From positions 1 to 64,000 of the forward strand of contig DF237171.1 in the NCBI GenBank assembly GCA_000708835.1: DNA of 64,000 nt, written 5' to 3'. Positions within the stretch are counted from its first letter, which is position 1. Each line of letters opens with the position of its first letter. Position numbers and translations under genes: made by a program. Under the pieces are notes generated by a model. That model had not been told where the DNA came from. It was given only the letters and a program-made list of their open reading frames with translations, and did no database searches. The stretch comes from Klebsormidium nitens (lineage: Eukaryota > Plantae > Klebsormidiophyceae). Below are positions 63,053 through 64,000 of the stretch, in pieces.

Positions 63053-64000
63053 CTTGTGCATCGAGTTGGTCGTGGATGGGCGCGTCTCTCGTGAGTTCCA
63101 AGTTCAGGAGTGATTTTGGATTTTGTGTGTCGAGCTGGAGTTGCCATTTAACAGACATGCAGTGAGACAGTGGTCCATACGTGAAGGCAGACGGTGCTTG
63201 GTGTCCTCGTCGGCCATATGAATTGCAGCGGTTGAGGCCATGCAACTGCCTAGGAGTATTACTTGGCCTCGGTCTCATTTCTCAGAAACACTACCAGCTA
63301 TACTGGAAATACGAGTCGATTGCGAGATTAGAAGGCCTTTGTCCGAGGTTGAGCAGGCAATTCTGATGGAAACGGCAGCTTTCTTCACGAGTCAGCTTCC
63401 GGGCCTGCGTTTCAATTTAATGTCAATAGAAGGCCAGCGCACTGCTTTCTATATCGATGTTGTTGGGGAGAGTGCCAATCCAGGCCCAAACATTCCACTT
63501 GTTGTTGGCTTGATCCTGCATGTACACGGGGCCGCCGATCAAGGCAAACATGTGCGAGCGCGAAATTTGGAAGCTAGCCCTAGCATCAATCATCGGACGA
63601 CCCAGGCATCCGATGTCTCAAAATCGACGGTGCCAATTGACTCGATTGAGTCTTGAGCTGAGGCCGCACTTCTGCAGGTGCACATGCATGACAGAGCGGA
63701 GACAAGGAGAATCGGTACCGGACGGAAGCTAAGGCTAGGGGCTGTTGGAACCCTCAACAGTGACGTCAGCCTTAGGCTGCTATCTCTTCTTGTCTGCTAT
63801 CGGCCGTTCAAATGTCAGCAACACAGCATCCGACGGTATGAGGTGCGTTTGAAACCTAACTCGGGTTGCAGGCAATGTGCAGATCGCAGCCGTCAGATAA
63901 CCACTCCCACAGGATCTGACGCTCAAGAGCCAGAGAGGTCCAGCTTTGGGTTGACATGACCGCAAATCCAACAGGCCCCAGCCTTAGCTTCCGTCCGGTA

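Noticed and set aside
63240-63656. 138-aa plus-strand ORF downstream of CAP-G, or possible minus-strand terminal exons
   Set aside because: No recognisable homology, and no consistent exon chain could be built within the window.

Overview
Eukaryotic nuclear DNA: intron-rich with GT-AG introns, GC-rich exons and lower-GC introns/spacers. The plant-type gene set and a TTTTAGGG telomere repeat suggest a streptophyte green alga such as Klebsormidium (inference). Ten protein-coding genes could be reconstructed by hand with frame-consistent splice sites: an EF-hand protein (-), a two-RRM Gly-rich hnRNP-like protein (+), an intronless orphan multi-pass membrane protein (+), DET1 with a ~1,050-aa insertion (-), an F-box/kelch protein (-), farnesyltransferase beta (+), a small C2H2 zinc-finger protein (-), a large PHD-finger protein (+), a plastid-targeted Rossmann-fold/ketopantoate-reductase-like protein (-), and condensin subunit CAP-G (+). 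Non-coding features are a Tourist-like MITE (23-bp TIRs, TAA TSD) inserted in a telo-box, an interstitial (CCCTAAAA)5 tract, a 25-bp perfect inverted repeat in a divergent promoter, and a ~1.9-kb GTAC-dense island between two divergent genes. No rRNA, tRNA or CRISPR features were seen. No complete novel multi-gene system can be demonstrated from sequence alone. The best leads are the giant DET1 insertion, the GTAC island and the orphan membrane gene near the telomeric tract. Family names come from motif recognition, not database searches.
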